A stretch of 64,000 bases of DNA from Mobula hypostoma (lineage: Eukaryota). The DNA is taken from the NCBI RefSeq assembly GCF_963921235.1, contig NC_086109.1, positions 33,358,001 to 33,422,000 on the forward strand, in the 5' to 3' direction. A program made the translations under genes and the position numbers. The notes beneath the pieces were generated by a model. That model was not told the origin of the DNA. It searched no databases and saw nothing but the letters and a program-made list of their open reading frames with translations. Of this stretch, positions 61,129 to 64,000 are shown in pieces; the first letter of the stretch is position 1, and each line of letters starts with the position of its first letter.

Positions 61129-63306
61129 TGTCTATCATGTCAGACAAAATTTAAAATCGGGAAAATATTTTAATGATTGAAGCAAGATTTCAGTTTTACA
61201 TAAATGGTGAGGTAAGAAAATATAAATTTACAATAGCTGTCACTGAATGCAACCACAATTTCTGGTGGTAAATTGCAAGGAGCATCTGTCCAGGTTCAGT
61301 CAATAATTTCCCAGTGAGTTACCTGGGAGTGCAGTTTCTATAAAAATTATCCTTTTATTCAATGATGTTTTTATTAAATAATAGTGATGAGTTACTTAAT
61401 AAAACAAAGGGCATGTATTAAGCAGCAGGATTTTAATTTTGTGTTCAGTTTCACTGTAATTGAGTCCCTTGTGAATTACTTCAAATGTACATTCAGAATT
61501 TATAAATTATTGAATATAACTCCAGGAGTGTGCAAAGCACTCCAAATGAGAGATATTTTGTTCTGTAGAAATGAACAGAAATATGTGCAAATATTCAGTT
61601 AAATTCCTAATTCTCATGTTTCAGCCTCTTTAAATGGGAAGCTGGATTGCATGCATCTTAAACTCAATTACTCAGTATTTTCATATTTTATGATATTTCC
61701 TTTGTTGTCAAAATGACTTGGTGATGTTCATAATAGTCACGAGGTTTTCAAATTATAGGATCATTTTATACATTATTTGTTATTTGAAAATACATTTATA
61801 TGGTTTTGTTGGGCTTGGACATTGTACATATCTGAAAAGTGCAGGGGATAGTGTTCTTGAAGGCATATTTTATTGACATGTTGGTGTATTGAGGAACCTT
61901 AGAGACTGTTGAATTTCTGTAACTGCTTTGTTGATATCTATAATAATGTACTGGAAAAATTACAGGGTTGGAGTATTTGTAATTGCTGATCGCTTCAGTC
62001 TTAGCCCTATTGTAAAGCATTCAGAAGTTATAGGCAGTAATTGTTGGGATGAAGCTGACAATTCTAATTGTTTACAAATGCTAATAGTAATGATTTTGCT
62101 AAGGGGTAATGCAGCTACTGCTTAACTTGTCAGTTATGCTGTGATCCCCTGAAAGACAAATAAGGTAAAATAAATATTGTAAGTGTTGCAGTAAAATAAA
62201 CGTGATGGTCTAGATTTTGCTGAGTGACTCCTACTGCCAATGTTCACTGTTTAGATTCCCTCTTTGCTCTGTTCTTGCCCGGTTCAGTTCAAGGGAATGA
62301 ACTTCCTGACTGACAGTATCTTGGAACCTATTGTGTTAGAAGCTTAAGGTACATTTATATGTCCCAGAACATGGAATCCTGACAAAAAGAATGGCAGGGT
62401 CACGCCCCTAGCTTCACCGTCAGGTTTATGAAATACTTCTGAATGTCCCTGAATGAATCGTCCAAAAACAATTAAATGATGTTTTCAATTATTTATAATC
62501 TTGTATTTTCCTTGCTTGTCTTTCTCACAGCTATACAGTAACTATTGAAATAAATGGGCTGGGTGGTACTGTTATCAGATTTGAGTTGGTGCGCCATTCT
62601 TGAGCAGAGTCTTCAATATAAGTACTGGAGAACCTCTGCAAACTCCTGGAACTGATTTGGTGGAGCACGTTAACAGATTTGGCTACTGGAATGTGTTCAG
62701 AGCTTCCAACTTTGTATGGGCTTGTGCTGAAGAACTGAACTTACTGGTTTTCATGGAGAAACTGCATGCATTTCCCAGAAACTTCAAGCCATTACAGGTT
62801 CTTTTAGAGGAGGAAAGTCAAAACACTAGAAGAGGAATAAGTCATATACTTACGATGTTTGGGGAGAACATATCAGTAAGGAAACAAAATAAGCAGGTCA
62901 TAAGACTCAGGCAAGTGAAAGATAAAATTAACCTTTGTGGTTTTATCTTAATTTCCATGTGGTTTATTGCATTTGAGCTTTGCTTCGGATGAATGGTGAT
63001 CATTTATATAACTGGAGCATTGCATGTAGATACACTCCGTCCCCCACCAAGAGACTGGCTGCAGCATAGCCTAATCCTTTCACCATTCTTAAGCGATTTT
63101 GAAAATAAAATAGAATTCTGATAGGTCCTCAACACTTACAATTGTGTTATCAGAATCAGGTTTAATATCACTGGCATCTATTGTGAAATTTGTTGTTTTG
63201 CATCAGCAGTAAGATGCAATACACAATTTAAAAAAACTAAAAATTACAATATAAATCAAGTACGTAGTGCAAAAAGAGAGAGAGAGAAAATAGAGGTAGT
63301 GTACAT

Positions 63307-63397
63307 GACAAAGAGTCTCGGCCTGAAACGTCGACTGCACCTTTTCCTAGAGATGCTGCCTGGCCTGCTGTGTTCACCAGCAACTTTGATGTGTGTT
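63307..63397 (+). mobile_element. ~90-bp tail-less PLE 3'-repeat insertion
   Basis: gacaaagagtctcggcctgaaacgtcgactg...ttgatgtgtgtt; 11-bp TSD gtagtgtacat (63296-63306, 63398-63408). Confidence 0.85.
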
Positions 63398-63612
63398 GTA
63401 GTGTACATAAGTTCATTGTACAAAAATCTAATGGTGGACAGGATGAAGCTCTTTCTAAAATGTTGAGTGTGTGTCTTCAGGCTCCTGCGCCACCTCCTTG
63501 ATGGAGGCAATGAGAAGAGAGCATGTCCTGAGTGATGGGTGCTACCTATTTGAGGCATCGCCTATTGAAGATGTCCTTGATGATGGAGAGACTAGTGCTC
63601 ATGATGGAGCTA

Positions 63613-63754
63613 CACACACAAAATGCTGGAGGTCAGGCAGCATCTGGGAAAATAGTACAGTGGATGTTAGGGGCCAAAACCCTTCAGAAATTCCTCCAGC
63701 ATTTTGTGAATGTTGCTCTGAATTTCAGCATCTGCAGATTTTCACTGCTTTGCC
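63613..63754. mobile_element. Short two-armed PLE insertion
   Basis: cacacacaaaatgctggagg...cccttcag | ttcctccagcattttgtg...gcatctgcagatt; TSD catgatggagcta (63600-63612, 63755-63767). Confidence 0.75.
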
Positions 63755-64000
63755 CATGATGGAGCTAGTTGAGTTTGCAGTTTTTTTTATCATCTACTGT
63801 TGTAAATTGTAACCAGTACTTCTGTCTCAGAAATAGAAACAGTAATTTTGAATCAGCGCTTTGTGATTCTAATGGTTTGAAATGTGTTTCTGTGGTATAT
63901 CTTGAGTGTTCATGAGATTATCATTATGCTTGTCATGCATTTTGTACTTCGATTGTCAATGTTATATCACTCATTAACTCATAGTTTCTTCTCAATAGGT

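Larger units (their letters stand above)
63151..63790 (-). mobile_element. Rex1/Babar 3' end hosting two small PLE insertions
   Basis: cagaatcaggtttaatatcactggc tail; minus frame HSGHALFSLPPSRR..LKTHTQHFRKSF. Confidence 0.75.

Noticed and set aside
62600..62992. 130-aa ORF (similarly 33801-34166 and 35291-35689)
   Set aside because: Non-ATG start or no recognisable domain; compatible with chance ORFs.
63970..64000. Possible splice acceptor at the window edge (tttcttctcaatag|gt)
   Set aside because: The downstream sequence is outside the window, so it cannot be evaluated.

Overview
Eukaryotic, AT-rich, repeat-dense intronic DNA. The repeat spectrum (Neptune- and Poseidon-type Penelope-like elements, CR1, Rex1/Babar, L1/Tx1, Gypsy, V-SINE, Deu-domain SINE, Tc1/pogo MITEs) points to a vertebrate, most likely a cartilaginous fish; this is an inference. 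The only host-gene sequence I can support is two phase-0 micro-exons on the + strand, each encoding an AT-hook: 25649-25702 (KSGGAEEGTKPRGRPKKL) and 35805-35855 (KAETTGTKKPRGRPRKR). They look like part of an HMGA-family gene carrying both an HMGA1-like and an HMGA2-like third-hook exon. The dominant young element is a Penelope-like retrotransposon (RT + GIY-YIG) whose 3' repeat carries a minimal hammerhead ribozyme. It occurs as near-intact copies and as short palindromic two-armed insertions with 11-16 bp TSDs, and its breakpoints cluster at the ribozyme. A 3.8-kb array of a 39-bp minisatellite accounts for the 1341-aa elastin-like ORF. Boundaries of old repeats are approximate, and family names come from recognised motifs, not from database searches.
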